Shown: positions 23,727 through 32,966 of the stretch, piece after piece
Numbering within the stretch: position 1 is the stretch's first letter
How the letters are laid out: every line of letters begins with the position of its first letter
Source of the DNA: Bacteroidales bacterium
Lineage (GTDB): Bacteria > Bacteroidota > Bacteroidia > Bacteroidales > WCHB1-69
DNA: 64,000 bases
NCBI GenBank assembly: GCA_017962845.1
Contig: JAGCUN010000015.1
Coordinates: 84,539-148,538, forward strand
Direction: 5' to 3'
Translations under genes and position numbers: made by a program
Notes under the pieces: model-generated
Told to the model about the DNA's origin: nothing
The model's database searches: none
The model's input: only the letters and a program-made list of their open reading frames with translations

Positions 23727-25808
23727 ATGAAATGGCTCAAATACCCTGTGCTCAAAATGCTCCTCCCCTATCTTGCTGGGATCTTTATTTCTTATTTTTT
23801 TATAACCATTGGTCTTAATCCACTGATTTTCTTTTCATTTTGCTTTCTATTGCTGATATTGGCAATCGTCCTGCGATTTCTTTTCCCTTTGCGAGGACAA
23901 CAGTTCGCCCTTCTCTTCCTCTGTTTGGCTTTTTTTCTCTTCGCTGTCATCCAGACTAATGTGCGTTACTATCCTCCGCATTATGCTAAGGTTAAAAATA
24001 TGGTACAAAACAGCGACTTTTTTACCGTCCAAATTTCAGAAAATATAGTAGAAAAGGAAAAAAGTGTCAAGGCGATTGTCAATTTATTGTCAGATAAAGA
24101 TGGGAATCCCCTCCGCACAAATGCGGTGCTCTATCTTCAAAAATGTTCTAAAGCTTCTTCTCTTCGTCCAGGCGACAAACTTATTGTCCATACAAAATTT
24201 AATGATTTTTCCCCTCCACAAAATCCACACGCATTTGATAATCAAAAGTATATGAGATTAAAAGGGATTTTTTTCACCGCATACGCTTCCTCCCAACAGT
24301 GGGAATACCTCTCCCACTCTCCTATTCACCCACTTCGAACCTGCGCTTCCTATGCCCAGCATCACTTTTCAGCACTCTTCGCACGAAACGGACTTCAAGG
24401 TGAAGAATACGCCGTTATCACTGCCGTTCTGCTTGGCAATGATGAAACGATGGACGCTGACCTCAAAGCCCATTTCGCCGCCGCAGGGGTCAGCCATATT
24501 CTCTGCGTGTCTGGAATGCATGTGGGCATTATCTTTATGATTATCAACTTCATCCTAAAACCATTTGATAACTTTCCACGCCTGCGAATACTGAAAGCTA
24601 TTATTCTGCTCCTTCTGATTTGGACCTACGCCCATATTACCGGCCTCGCGCCGTCTGTAAAACGCGCTGCCACAATGTTTACCTTTGTCTCGCTCGGATC
24701 ACTCCTACATCGTCCCACCTCCATCTACCATAGCCTTTTCGCATCTATATTTATTCTTCTGTTAATCAACCCTTTACTAATCTTTGAGGTGGGTTTTCAA
24801 ATGAGCTACCTCGCAGTATTCGGCATTGTGATCATCCAACCTCAGCTCACCCGTTTGTGGACTCCTAAATATAAGATCGTCAACTATTTTTGGGAGTTGG
24901 CCACAGTATCGGTTGCCGCACAATTGACCACTTTCCCACTGTCACTCTTCTATTTCGGACAATTCCCTAACTATTTTCTGCTCTCAAATCTCTCCGTCAT
25001 CTCGCTCTCTTTCCTCATTGTCATGACTGGGATAGTTCTTCTCGTTTTCTCGTGGGTCCCTCCCCTTTCCCGCCTCATAGGTGTCCTCCTCACTTACGAA
25101 ATTCGCCTCCTGAATACTATTGTTAAAGGAATTGAATCGCTTCCGGGCTCTGTCACCGATAATATTTCGATAACAGTCCTTCAGATGATGCTAATTTATG
25201 GCATAATCATTGCCATTTTTCTCTACTTGAACAAAAAATCATTTCTATTGAAAACCCTTGCTCTATCTACATTTCTTGCGTTGGGCATCACCTTTTTCTT
25301 CGATAAATTTTTTTCCAAAAACACCAACCAACTCACCTTTTATTCCATCGATAAAATGAGCGCAGTTGAATGTAATGCCGGCACCTGTGGCGTTCTTCTT
25401 CTTGACTCCACTGCGCAAAATAACCTCAATGCCTATGAATTCAATATCCACAATCATGTTCGCAAGCAACATATTGAAAACATGATAGTTCCATTGGATA
25501 CCATTGCCTATTCCTGTCCAACTTTGGCCAAAAAGGGAAATTTTTTGCGGTTTGATAAGCATACAGTTTTCTTCCTCTCAGGAAGGGAGTGGCTTTACCC
25601 TATGCCCCAACCTATTCAAGTGGATGTGGTCTGCATTCAACATAATCCCCGCATTCCTATGGGTAAACTTCTTCAAACGGTGCAATTCCGTGAAATGCTG
25701 ATAGATGGTTCAAATTCCCGCTATTGGGAGCAACGGTGGATCGACTCCTGCCAAGCCTATCGCATCCCCTATCATTCTACCCGTCGAAATGGTTATTTTT
25801 CACTGTGA
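23727..25808 (+). CDS. comEC: ComEC/Rec2-family DNA internalization channel protein
   Basis: 693-aa polytopic membrane protein with the competence-domain motif AAAGVSHILCVSGMHVG. Confidence 0.88.
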   Translation: MKWLKYPVLKMLLPYLAGIFISYFFITIGLNPLIFFSFCFLLLILAIVLRFLFPLRGQQFALLFLCLAFFLFAVIQTNVRYYPPHYAKVKNMVQNSDFFTVQISENIVEKEKSVKAIVNLLSDKDGNPLRTNAVLYLQKCSKASSLRPGDKLIVHTKFNDFSPPQNPHAFDNQKYMRLKGIFFTAYASSQQWEYLSHSPIHPLRTCASYAQHHFSALFARNGLQGEEYAVITAVLLGNDETMDADLKAHFAAAGVSHILCVSGMHVGIIFMIINFILKPFDNFPRLRILKAIILLLLIWTYAHITGLAPSVKRAATMFTFVSLGSLLHRPTSIYHSLFASIFILLLINPLLIFEVGFQMSYLAVFGIVIIQPQLTRLWTPKYKIVNYFWELATVSVAAQLTTFPLSLFYFGQFPNYFLLSNLSVISLSFLIVMTGIVLLVFSWVPPLSRLIGVLLTYEIRLLNTIVKGIESLPGSVTDNISITVLQMMLIYGIIIAIFLYLNKKSFLLKTLALSTFLALGITFFFDKFFSKNTNQLTFYSIDKMSAVECNAGTCGVLLLDSTAQNNLNAYEFNIHNHVRKQHIENMIVPLDTIAYSCPTLAKKGNFLRFDKHTVFFLSGREWLYPMPQPIQVDVVCIQHNPRIPMGKLLQTVQFREMLIDGSNSRYWEQRWIDSCQAYRIPYHSTRRNGYFSL

Positions 25809-25829
25809 AAACGATTTCCAAAAAAAGTG

Positions 25830-25837
25830 TATATTTG
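25830..25837 (+). promoter_or_regulatory. Bacteroidota -7 box TATATTTG, 4 nt from the ATG (leaderless-type arrangement)
   Basis: TATATTTG, then caag, then the ATG at 25842. The box sits inside the longest-ORF extension, which argues for the 25842 start. Confidence 0.55.
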
Positions 25838-25841
25838 CAAG

Positions 25842-26831
25842 ATGGAAAATTTTAAAGGATTTTCAAGAATAATGCTGATTTTCAGCGTGTTGTGTACTTT
25901 GCTATGGGGCGGAAGTGTGTCTGCTAATGGCAAAAGTTTTCATTTTGTCAGGCCCGCACTCCCCTCCTCCACATCTGCGGCTATCTTGCCCATTGTCAGT
26001 GACTATCCGCCTATTGACACGACAAAACAGAAGGGTAAGAAGAAATCTACCCAACCGAAAAACAAAAAAGTGACCTTTGAAACCTATGAGGATAATTATA
26101 AAAAAGCTGTGCAACTCTATAATAATCAGCTTTATATAAGCGCTGCTAGACTTTTTGAAGAACTCTACCCCCTCTCCCTCGGCACCCCCCGCGCCGACAC
26201 GGTACTCTTCCTCTTCGCCGATTGCTACTATAACAACCAAGACTATGAGATGGCCGCCTTCCATTTCAAAGAATATGCTGGTAAATACTCTTCAAACCCA
26301 AGAGCCGAAGAAGCTCATTATAAGGCCATTCTCGCATTATCTTATATCTCCCCAGAATATAGCCTTGACCAAACTGAAACTTATTATGTCATCGAGGAGA
26401 TACAACTTTTTATCCGCACTTACCCCACCAGCATACACATGGAAGAGTGTAACGAGTTGTTGGATAGAATGCGTAACAAGCTGGCGCGCAAAGAGTTCGA
26501 GATACTTAGCCTCTACTATAACACCGAAAATTATAAGTCAGCTCAAGTCATTGCCCGTAATTTTTTCAAAGATTACAGCTATTCAGAATACTGTGACGAT
26601 GCATATGCCATTTTAGTCAAAAACAATTTCGAATATGCCCGTCATAGTGTAGAGAACAAAAAAGTAGAACGCTATTCGGAATGCGTTGAAGCATACCAAA
26701 ATATGAGAATTAACTGCCCTACTTCCGACCTCCTGAAAGAGGCCGGTAAGTATGCGGAGGAAGCCCAAAATTTTATCGATAAGAAAGAATTCAAAAAATC
26801 AAAAAAGAAAGAGAAAAAGCATGAAGACTGA
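25842..26831 (+). CDS. bamD: Outer membrane protein assembly factor BamD (TPR lipoprotein family)
   Basis: TPR-like repeats (YKKAVQLYNNQLYISAARLFEEL, YYNNQDYEMAAFHFKEY). Conserved Bacteroidota synteny with the rpoZ-like gene, coaBC and recN. Confidence 0.85.
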   Translation: MENFKGFSRIMLIFSVLCTLLWGGSVSANGKSFHFVRPALPSSTSAAILPIVSDYPPIDTTKQKGKKKSTQPKNKKVTFETYEDNYKKAVQLYNNQLYISAARLFEELYPLSLGTPRADTVLFLFADCYYNNQDYEMAAFHFKEYAGKYSSNPRAEEAHYKAILALSYISPEYSLDQTETYYVIEEIQLFIRTYPTSIHMEECNELLDRMRNKLARKEFEILSLYYNTENYKSAQVIARNFFKDYSYSEYCDDAYAILVKNNFEYARHSVENKKVERYSECVEAYQNMRINCPTSDLLKEAGKYAEEAQNFIDKKEFKKSKKKEKKHED

Positions 26832-27162
26832 TTTCAAACACAGCAATGCGGAAACAATGGCCATTACCCGCAACATCCGCGAATTTGACAAGGAAACCAA
26901 CAACATCTATGAGACTGTTGTCATCATGTCGAAACGCGCCGACCAGATCTCCCTCGAAATCAAAGACGAGATGCAGAAGGAGATGCAGGAGTTCGCACCC
27001 GCACAGGATACCCTCGACGAGGTGTATGAAAACCGCGACCAGATTGATTTGGCCAAGTCTTACGAGCGCCTTCCGAAGCCTACTTTGATGGCTATCAAGG
27101 AGTTCGAGGATCATAAGATTCATTACAAGCTCAACGACGAGCCGAACGAAGAAAATGCCTAA
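26821..27162 (+). CDS. rpoZ: RNA polymerase omega (Rpb6)-like subunit
   Basis: The start is placed at MKTDFKHS. NIYETVVIMSKRADQISLEIKDEM matches the Bacteroidota omega-like pattern as I remember it, and the gene sits in the conserved position after bamD. Confidence 0.7.
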   Translation: MKTDFKHSNAETMAITRNIREFDKETNNIYETVVIMSKRADQISLEIKDEMQKEMQEFAPAQDTLDEVYENRDQIDLAKSYERLPKPTLMAIKEFEDHKIHYKLNDEPNEENA

Positions 27163-28366
27163 TCAACCGCTACACATCGTACTCGGAATTTCAGGAGGGA
27201 TAGCTGCTTATAAGTCGCTATCCCTCATACGCTTATTCCAAAAGAATAATGCGGAAGTAAAAGTGGTGGTCACCCCCAATGCCCTCCATTTTGTCACACC
27301 ATTGTCCCTGCAAACACTCTCCCAAAATAAGGTCTATACAGATCCGTTTCAAATTCTGGAAAATGTTGATGTAGAGCATATTGCGTTAGCAGAATGGGCC
27401 GATGCGTTGGTGGTCGCCCCCGCTACAGCCAACATCATCGGAAAGTTTGCCCACGGCATAGCAGACGATGCTCTATCCACCCTTTTCTTGGCTTGCTCTA
27501 AACCAGTGTTCCTCGCTCCCGCGATGAATACCAAAATGCTGCACCACCCCGCAGTTCAGCAGAATATCCATACTTTAAGACAACGCGGATGCCTTATCTT
27601 AGAATCAGGAGCTGGCTACTTGGCCTGCGGCACCACCGGCGACGGGCGGATGCAAGAACCAGAACAATTGTGTGATGCCGTGATGCAAGCACTCACCCGC
27701 CCGGCTCTATTCACCGGTAAGAAAGTCTTGATAACGGCTGGACCTACTTACGAACCTATTGATCCTGTGCGCTTTATCGGCAACTTTTCGTCCGGACTGA
27801 TGGGCTTTCGCCTCGCAGAAACTTTCGCCTCTCTCGGTGCGGATGTTACCCTCGTGACAGGCCCGACCCACCTCACCACAGCCCTCCCTAACATTCACAG
27901 AATCAACGTGCAAACCGCTGCACAGATGCTGGAGGCGTGCCAAAAAGAATTCCCCTCTGCTCATATTGCAGTCATGGCCGCCGCCGTGGCCGACTACACC
28001 CCCACCAATGTGGCGCCCGAAAAGATTAAGAAGTCTGCCAAAACTTTGCAGATTTCCCTCCAAAAAACAACTGATATTTTAGCAACGCTATGTAAGCAAA
28101 AAACTAAAAATCAGTGCGTTGTGGGCTTCGCACTCGAAACAGAACACGAGCTCGAAAATGCCAAGGCTAAATTGAAAAATAAAAAGGCCGACATCATCGT
28201 TCTTAATTCACTGCGCAACGAAGGCGCCGGCTTCCAACATGCTACCAATCTCGTTACCCTGATCGATAAAAATGGAAATGTTCAAACGGGAGAATTAAAG
28301 GATAAGTCAGAGGTGGCAGAGGATATTGTTCGTTATATTGCTGATTATCTGAAAATAACAAAATAA
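27155..28366 (+). CDS. coaBC: Bifunctional phosphopantothenoylcysteine decarboxylase / phosphopantothenate-cysteine ligase
   Basis: 403-aa ORF with flavoprotein N-domain GISGGIAAYK and DFP C-domain ITAGPTYEPIDPVRFIGNFSSG. Confidence 0.95.
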   Translation: MPNQPLHIVLGISGGIAAYKSLSLIRLFQKNNAEVKVVVTPNALHFVTPLSLQTLSQNKVYTDPFQILENVDVEHIALAEWADALVVAPATANIIGKFAHGIADDALSTLFLACSKPVFLAPAMNTKMLHHPAVQQNIHTLRQRGCLILESGAGYLACGTTGDGRMQEPEQLCDAVMQALTRPALFTGKKVLITAGPTYEPIDPVRFIGNFSSGLMGFRLAETFASLGADVTLVTGPTHLTTALPNIHRINVQTAAQMLEACQKEFPSAHIAVMAAAVADYTPTNVAPEKIKKSAKTLQISLQKTTDILATLCKQKTKNQCVVGFALETEHELENAKAKLKNKKADIIVLNSLRNEGAGFQHATNLVTLIDKNGNVQTGELKDKSEVAEDIVRYIADYLKITK

Positions 28367-28381
28367 CTAATCAATTTTGCT

Positions 28382-29281
28382 ATGAAAAAAATAGGCATAT
28401 TCTGGATGTTTTTGCTGATGGTTTTCTCACTTTCCGCACAAGATTTCCAGTGCCAGCTTTCTATCAATTCAACCGCTGTGGCAGGTTCTAACAGAAATAA
28501 ATTCAACACGTTACAGCAGGAATTGTACAAGTTTGTCAATGACCGTAAATGGTGTCAATATACGCTGAAGACCAACGAGCGAATCGAGTGCGCCATCATG
28601 ATCGTTCTTACTGGTGCTCAGGGTGATACCTATACTGGTGAGATGAACATCCAGCTCCAGCGCCCCATCTATAATACCAGTTATAAGTCCCCCGTCCTTA
28701 ATATGAAGGACAATGATATCAAATTCACTTATGAAGAAGGCACCCCGTTGGAATATTCTGAAAACCAGAACCTTTCCAACCTCACCTCACTGATAGCCTA
28801 CTATTTGAATATCTTTTTGGGATTGGATTTCGACACCTTTTCTCTCAATGGAGGTGACCCCTATTTTTCATTGGCTCAAGGCGTGGTAAATGCCTGCCAG
28901 AGCGCGACAGAAGCAGGATGGAAATCCTACGAAAACGCCCAGCGTAACCGCTACTGGCTGATGGAAAACCTGACCAATCCCACTTATAGCAAAATTCACG
29001 ATTTCTTGTACAAATACCACCGTCTGGGCCTCGACATGATGTCTGAATCTGTGGACGTGGGCCGCGCCTCTATTTTGGATGCTATCAGAGATTTACAGAA
29101 AGTAAATTCCCAAAAATCAAATCTTTACATTGTTCAGATTATGGTGCAGGCAAAAGCTGACGAGATTGTCAACATCTTCAAAGAAGCTACCCCGGTGGAA
29201 AAAACAGAGATCATCCGCTTAATGAAACAAATCGATCCCTCCAATTCTGCCAAATATAATACGATTAATCAATCTAACTAA
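28382..29281 (+). CDS. DUF4835-like exported protein
   Basis: 299-aa ORF with a signal peptide, located between coaBC and recN as in other Bacteroidota (call rests on synteny). Confidence 0.65.
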   Translation: MKKIGIFWMFLLMVFSLSAQDFQCQLSINSTAVAGSNRNKFNTLQQELYKFVNDRKWCQYTLKTNERIECAIMIVLTGAQGDTYTGEMNIQLQRPIYNTSYKSPVLNMKDNDIKFTYEEGTPLEYSENQNLSNLTSLIAYYLNIFLGLDFDTFSLNGGDPYFSLAQGVVNACQSATEAGWKSYENAQRNRYWLMENLTNPTYSKIHDFLYKYHRLGLDMMSESVDVGRASILDAIRDLQKVNSQKSNLYIVQIMVQAKADEIVNIFKEATPVEKTEIIRLMKQIDPSNSAKYNTINQSN

Positions 29282-29284
29282 CTT

Positions 29285-30940
29285 ATGCTGAACTCGTTGC
29301 ACATCCAAAATTATGCACTGATCTCCTCCTTGCAAATTCGTTTCGACAAGGGGTTTACAGTGATTACGGGTGAAACGGGTGCCGGTAAGTCTATTATCAT
29401 GGGGGCTCTCTCCCTTATTTTGGGACATCGCGCCGACTCCTCCGCTCTTTTCGACAAGACTAAAAAGTGTATCGTGGAGGCCAGTTTTGATGTGTCAGGG
29501 TTGGATTTAGATGTTTTTTTTATTGAAAATAATCTTGATTATCAAGAAGATACCATCGTAAGAAGAGAAATCGCCGTCACTGGAAAAAGCCGCGCTTTTA
29601 TCAACGATACTCCCGTCACCCTCCCCATGCTGAAGGAGTTCTCTTCCCGAATGATTGATATTCATTCCCAACACCAGAATTTACTTTTCCAAAATGCCGA
29701 TTTTCGGACAGATGTGGTGGATTTATTTGCAGGTATAAAAGGTCAAGTTACAGAATATCAATCAGTTTTATCAGATCTTAAAAATTCAGAACATCAACTT
29801 TCTGAATTACAACAGCAGCATCAAACCGCTCTCGAAAGGCAGGATTTCCTTCAGTTTGTACTGAAAGAAATTGAAGAGGCTCATTTGAAAGAAAACGAAC
29901 AAGATGAATTGGAGCAAAATATTGAATTTCTGACACATACAGAAACAATAAAGTCCAATCTCTTCCAGATTCTGCAAATCCTTTCTGATGAAGAGCCTTC
30001 TGCGGTTTCTTCCCTCCGGGATGCCAAGAATTTAAGCGCCTCCATCGCTCCCTATCGCGCCGATCTTGATGAGATGAATCAGCGCATCAATTCCTCCTAT
30101 ATCGAGCTAAAAGATATTGCTAATGAGCTTAACTCTTTGAATGATAGAATCGAATACAATGCTGATGAGTTGGAAACCATGCGCCAACGCCTTGACTTTA
30201 TTTACTCTTTAGAACAAAAACATCACCTGACCTCTGTGAGCGAGTTGTTGAATAAGTATCAGTCTGTAAAAGAGGAACTTGACAACTTTTCAGAGGATGA
30301 GGAGCAGCTGAAAAATTTGACTTTACGCTGTCAGCAGATGCAAGATAAAGCCCATCAATTGGCCGAACAGCTGCACCAAAATCGAAAGAAAGTCCTTCCA
30401 TCTCTACAGACTCAAGTTCTCGAATATGTCCATTCTCTTGGAATGCCTGATGCTCAGTTTGTTATAAAATTAGCACCCACTAATACTCTGCTAAAAAATG
30501 GCATAGACGAGGTTAAATTTCTTTTTTCTGCGAATAGAGGAGTAGATGTTGCCGAACTCGAGAAAGTGGCCTCCGGAGGAGAAATTTCTCGTCTGATGCT
30601 GGCCGTAAAATCCACATTATCAGAGAAATCTGTTCTTCCTACGGTAGTGTTTGATGAAATTGATGTGGGAATTTCGGGCGAGATGGCAGGAAAGGTAGCC
30701 GCGCTGATGCAGAAAATGGCCCAGCGTCGCCAGCTTATGGTCATCACCCATCTCCCTCAGATTGCCGCTAAAGGCAATTGTCATTATCTTGTATATAAAG
30801 AAGTTGATGAGAATACCAGTCGCACGAAGGTCACTTTGTTAAGCCCCGATCAGCGTGCTGTAGAAATCGCCAAAATGATGAGCGGTGAAAAGTGGGGAGA
30901 AGCCACACTGAAAGCCGCGCAAGAACTTATAGAACAATAA
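29285..30940 (+). CDS. recN: DNA repair protein RecN
   Basis: 551-aa ORF with Walker A TGETGAGKSI, a long coiled-coil middle region and the signature ASGGEISRLMLA. Confidence 0.95.
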   Translation: MLNSLHIQNYALISSLQIRFDKGFTVITGETGAGKSIIMGALSLILGHRADSSALFDKTKKCIVEASFDVSGLDLDVFFIENNLDYQEDTIVRREIAVTGKSRAFINDTPVTLPMLKEFSSRMIDIHSQHQNLLFQNADFRTDVVDLFAGIKGQVTEYQSVLSDLKNSEHQLSELQQQHQTALERQDFLQFVLKEIEEAHLKENEQDELEQNIEFLTHTETIKSNLFQILQILSDEEPSAVSSLRDAKNLSASIAPYRADLDEMNQRINSSYIELKDIANELNSLNDRIEYNADELETMRQRLDFIYSLEQKHHLTSVSELLNKYQSVKEELDNFSEDEEQLKNLTLRCQQMQDKAHQLAEQLHQNRKKVLPSLQTQVLEYVHSLGMPDAQFVIKLAPTNTLLKNGIDEVKFLFSANRGVDVAELEKVASGGEISRLMLAVKSTLSEKSVLPTVVFDEIDVGISGEMAGKVAALMQKMAQRRQLMVITHLPQIAAKGNCHYLVYKEVDENTSRTKVTLLSPDQRAVEIAKMMSGEKWGEATLKAAQELIEQ

Positions 30941-30943
30941 ATT

Positions 30944-31582
30944 ATGAAGAAAAAACTGCTCGCTGCCGTCCTGTTGTTTGTTTTCGCCGTTTCAGCGGTG
31001 AATGCTCAGAATATGCAGAACACCAAGCACTATCGTTCTCATTTTATTTACCATACAGGCCTCGCCTTTAACGCAGGGGTAGGGGAGTTGAAGTTCGAAA
31101 ACCGCCACCTGCCCAACAAGCTCCCGAATTTCTGCGTGGATCAAATTATTGGCTATCAGTTCAATCCCTATTTCACCCTCGGTGTGGATTTAGGGTTGAA
31201 TGTTTGGAAAAAGACGGCCTTTATTCCTGTGGCACTGCACCTTAGCGTTGATTTTATGGACTATACCGTAAGCCCCCATTGGTATGCGAATGGAGGATAC
31301 TCTTTCAAGTGGTATGTTAGCTCCAAACCTGAAAAGATGACCAAGGTAATATACGGAGCACAGCCTGGCTGGTATGCCAATACCGGTCTGGGTGTGAAAA
31401 TCCGCCTGAAAGACCAGATCCATCTCATGATCGCCGCCGACTATAAAATGCAATATTCCACCATCCAATACTCAGTTACTGACTATACAGCAGATTTCGA
31501 TTATTCACAAGTTTCCACCAACCGCACCAAAAAACTCTGCTACCACTTCGTAGGAGTAAAATTTGCTCTCCTCTATTGGTAA
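30944..31582 (+). CDS. Small outer-membrane beta-barrel protein (hypothetical)
   Basis: 212-aa ORF with signal MKKKLLAAVLLFVFAVSAVNAQ, alternating beta-strand pattern and an aromatic C-terminus (...FALLYW). Confidence 0.6.
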   Translation: MKKKLLAAVLLFVFAVSAVNAQNMQNTKHYRSHFIYHTGLAFNAGVGELKFENRHLPNKLPNFCVDQIIGYQFNPYFTLGVDLGLNVWKKTAFIPVALHLSVDFMDYTVSPHWYANGGYSFKWYVSSKPEKMTKVIYGAQPGWYANTGLGVKIRLKDQIHLMIAADYKMQYSTIQYSVTDYTADFDYSQVSTNRTKKLCYHFVGVKFALLYW

Positions 31583-31653
31583 ACTTTTATTCTATCTATC
31601 AGTCAGACCCTTTGTTTCCCAAATTATAACAGAAAAACCTAAAACCAGATACC

Positions 31654-32205
31654 ATGAAACGTTCCATCCTTATTGTTCTTTTGCTCTCTGTAGTGACGTT
31701 GGGGTTCGCCCAAAAGAAAAACACTCCAGCACCACCAGATATGCCTATCGATGACAAATCGCAACTGATTACTTATCAAGATGTTGTTCAGGAAAATGCT
31801 ACAGCCAAAGATTTGTACGACCGAGCATTGAAATGGGTAAAGTCCTTCTATCATAATCCTTCTGAGGTGATTAAAAGCCAGGATCCCACTAATTATGTGC
31901 TGAAAATGCGGAGCTCTGTGAGAATCTATTCTCATCTGAAAGATGGTAGTAAGATAACGAAAAATGTGGTGTATTACAATTTTACTCTCCAATGCCGAGA
32001 GGGTCGCTATCGTTATATCATCACCGACTTCAATGAGAAAGCTACTGCCGCTTCTCCGATTGAGAAATGGATGAATCCTGAAGATCCCAAGTGGGATCCC
32101 GAGTGCTATGTCAATCTCCAAGAGGTCGATGAGCAAATTAGAGCCTTGATAGATTCCCTTATGGATGGTATGCTTCCCGAGGTGGATCAAGAAGATGACT
32201 GGTAA
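31654..32205 (+). CDS. DUF4468-like exported protein
   Basis: 183-aa ORF with a signal peptide. LITYQDVVQENATAKDLYDRALKWVKSFY fits the DUF4468 pattern as I remember it. Confidence 0.6.
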   Translation: MKRSILIVLLLSVVTLGFAQKKNTPAPPDMPIDDKSQLITYQDVVQENATAKDLYDRALKWVKSFYHNPSEVIKSQDPTNYVLKMRSSVRIYSHLKDGSKITKNVVYYNFTLQCREGRYRYIITDFNEKATAASPIEKWMNPEDPKWDPECYVNLQEVDEQIRALIDSLMDGMLPEVDQEDDW

Positions 32206-32963
32206 TGAGAAAGATCCCCATTTTTCTTCTGCTCTTATTATGCGTAGCCTGTGCCAAAAAACAGCATAGTGGGGATGTGATAATCCACTTTGAGATTCAA
32301 GTTGATGGAGAGAATCTCCATTACCATCAGATGGAGTACCAAAACGCGGCGGGCAACCGTTATCAAGTGGATGAGGTGAAGTTCTTCATTTCAGATGTTT
32401 CTTTTGTGTCCAGGGGAGGGGAGAGGTTCGCCGTCCCCGACCACGACGGCATCCACTATTTTGATTCAGATATTACTTCATCTTTCAATTGGTTGATTTC
32501 TAAAGTTCCTGATGGTCAGTTTGATAGCATCTCTTTTGTGTTCGGACTGCTTCCGGCACAGAATGTTACCGGCTACTTTGTCAACCCGCCCGAAAACAAT
32601 ATGGCTTGGCCCGACGCATTAGGCGGTGGGTACCACTACATGCAAATCAACGGTAAGTGGCTGGCATCCAACGATACGGTGCGCCCCTTTAATCTTCATA
32701 CGGGCATCGGCCAACGCTACGAAAACGGCCAAGTCACAGAATTTGTTCCCAACCATTTCAGGATGACTCTTCCCTTAAAGGATTTTGTCGTGCATCAGGA
32801 TGCGAATACCCAATTGGATTTTGTGATGAATGTAAATGGCTGGATGGCAGAGCCTAACATCTATAATTTTGATGTGATAGGCGGCAGCATTATGCAGAAC
32901 CAAGCGGCACAGGATATGCTGCGTGAAAATGGCCCTCATGCGATTTCAGTGAAAGTTCACTGA
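32205..32963 (+). CDS. Lipoprotein, possibly MbnP-family-like
   Basis: 252-aa ORF with lipoprotein signal ...LLLCVAC. VDEVKFFISDVSFV and MAWPDALGGGYHYMQINGKW resemble MbnP-family motifs. This is a weak call made from memory. Confidence 0.4.
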   Translation: MRKIPIFLLLLLCVACAKKQHSGDVIIHFEIQVDGENLHYHQMEYQNAAGNRYQVDEVKFFISDVSFVSRGGERFAVPDHDGIHYFDSDITSSFNWLISKVPDGQFDSISFVFGLLPAQNVTGYFVNPPENNMAWPDALGGGYHYMQINGKWLASNDTVRPFNLHTGIGQRYENGQVTEFVPNHFRMTLPLKDFVVHQDANTQLDFVMNVNGWMAEPNIYNFDVIGGSIMQNQAAQDMLRENGPHAISVKVH

Positions 32964-32966
32964 TTT

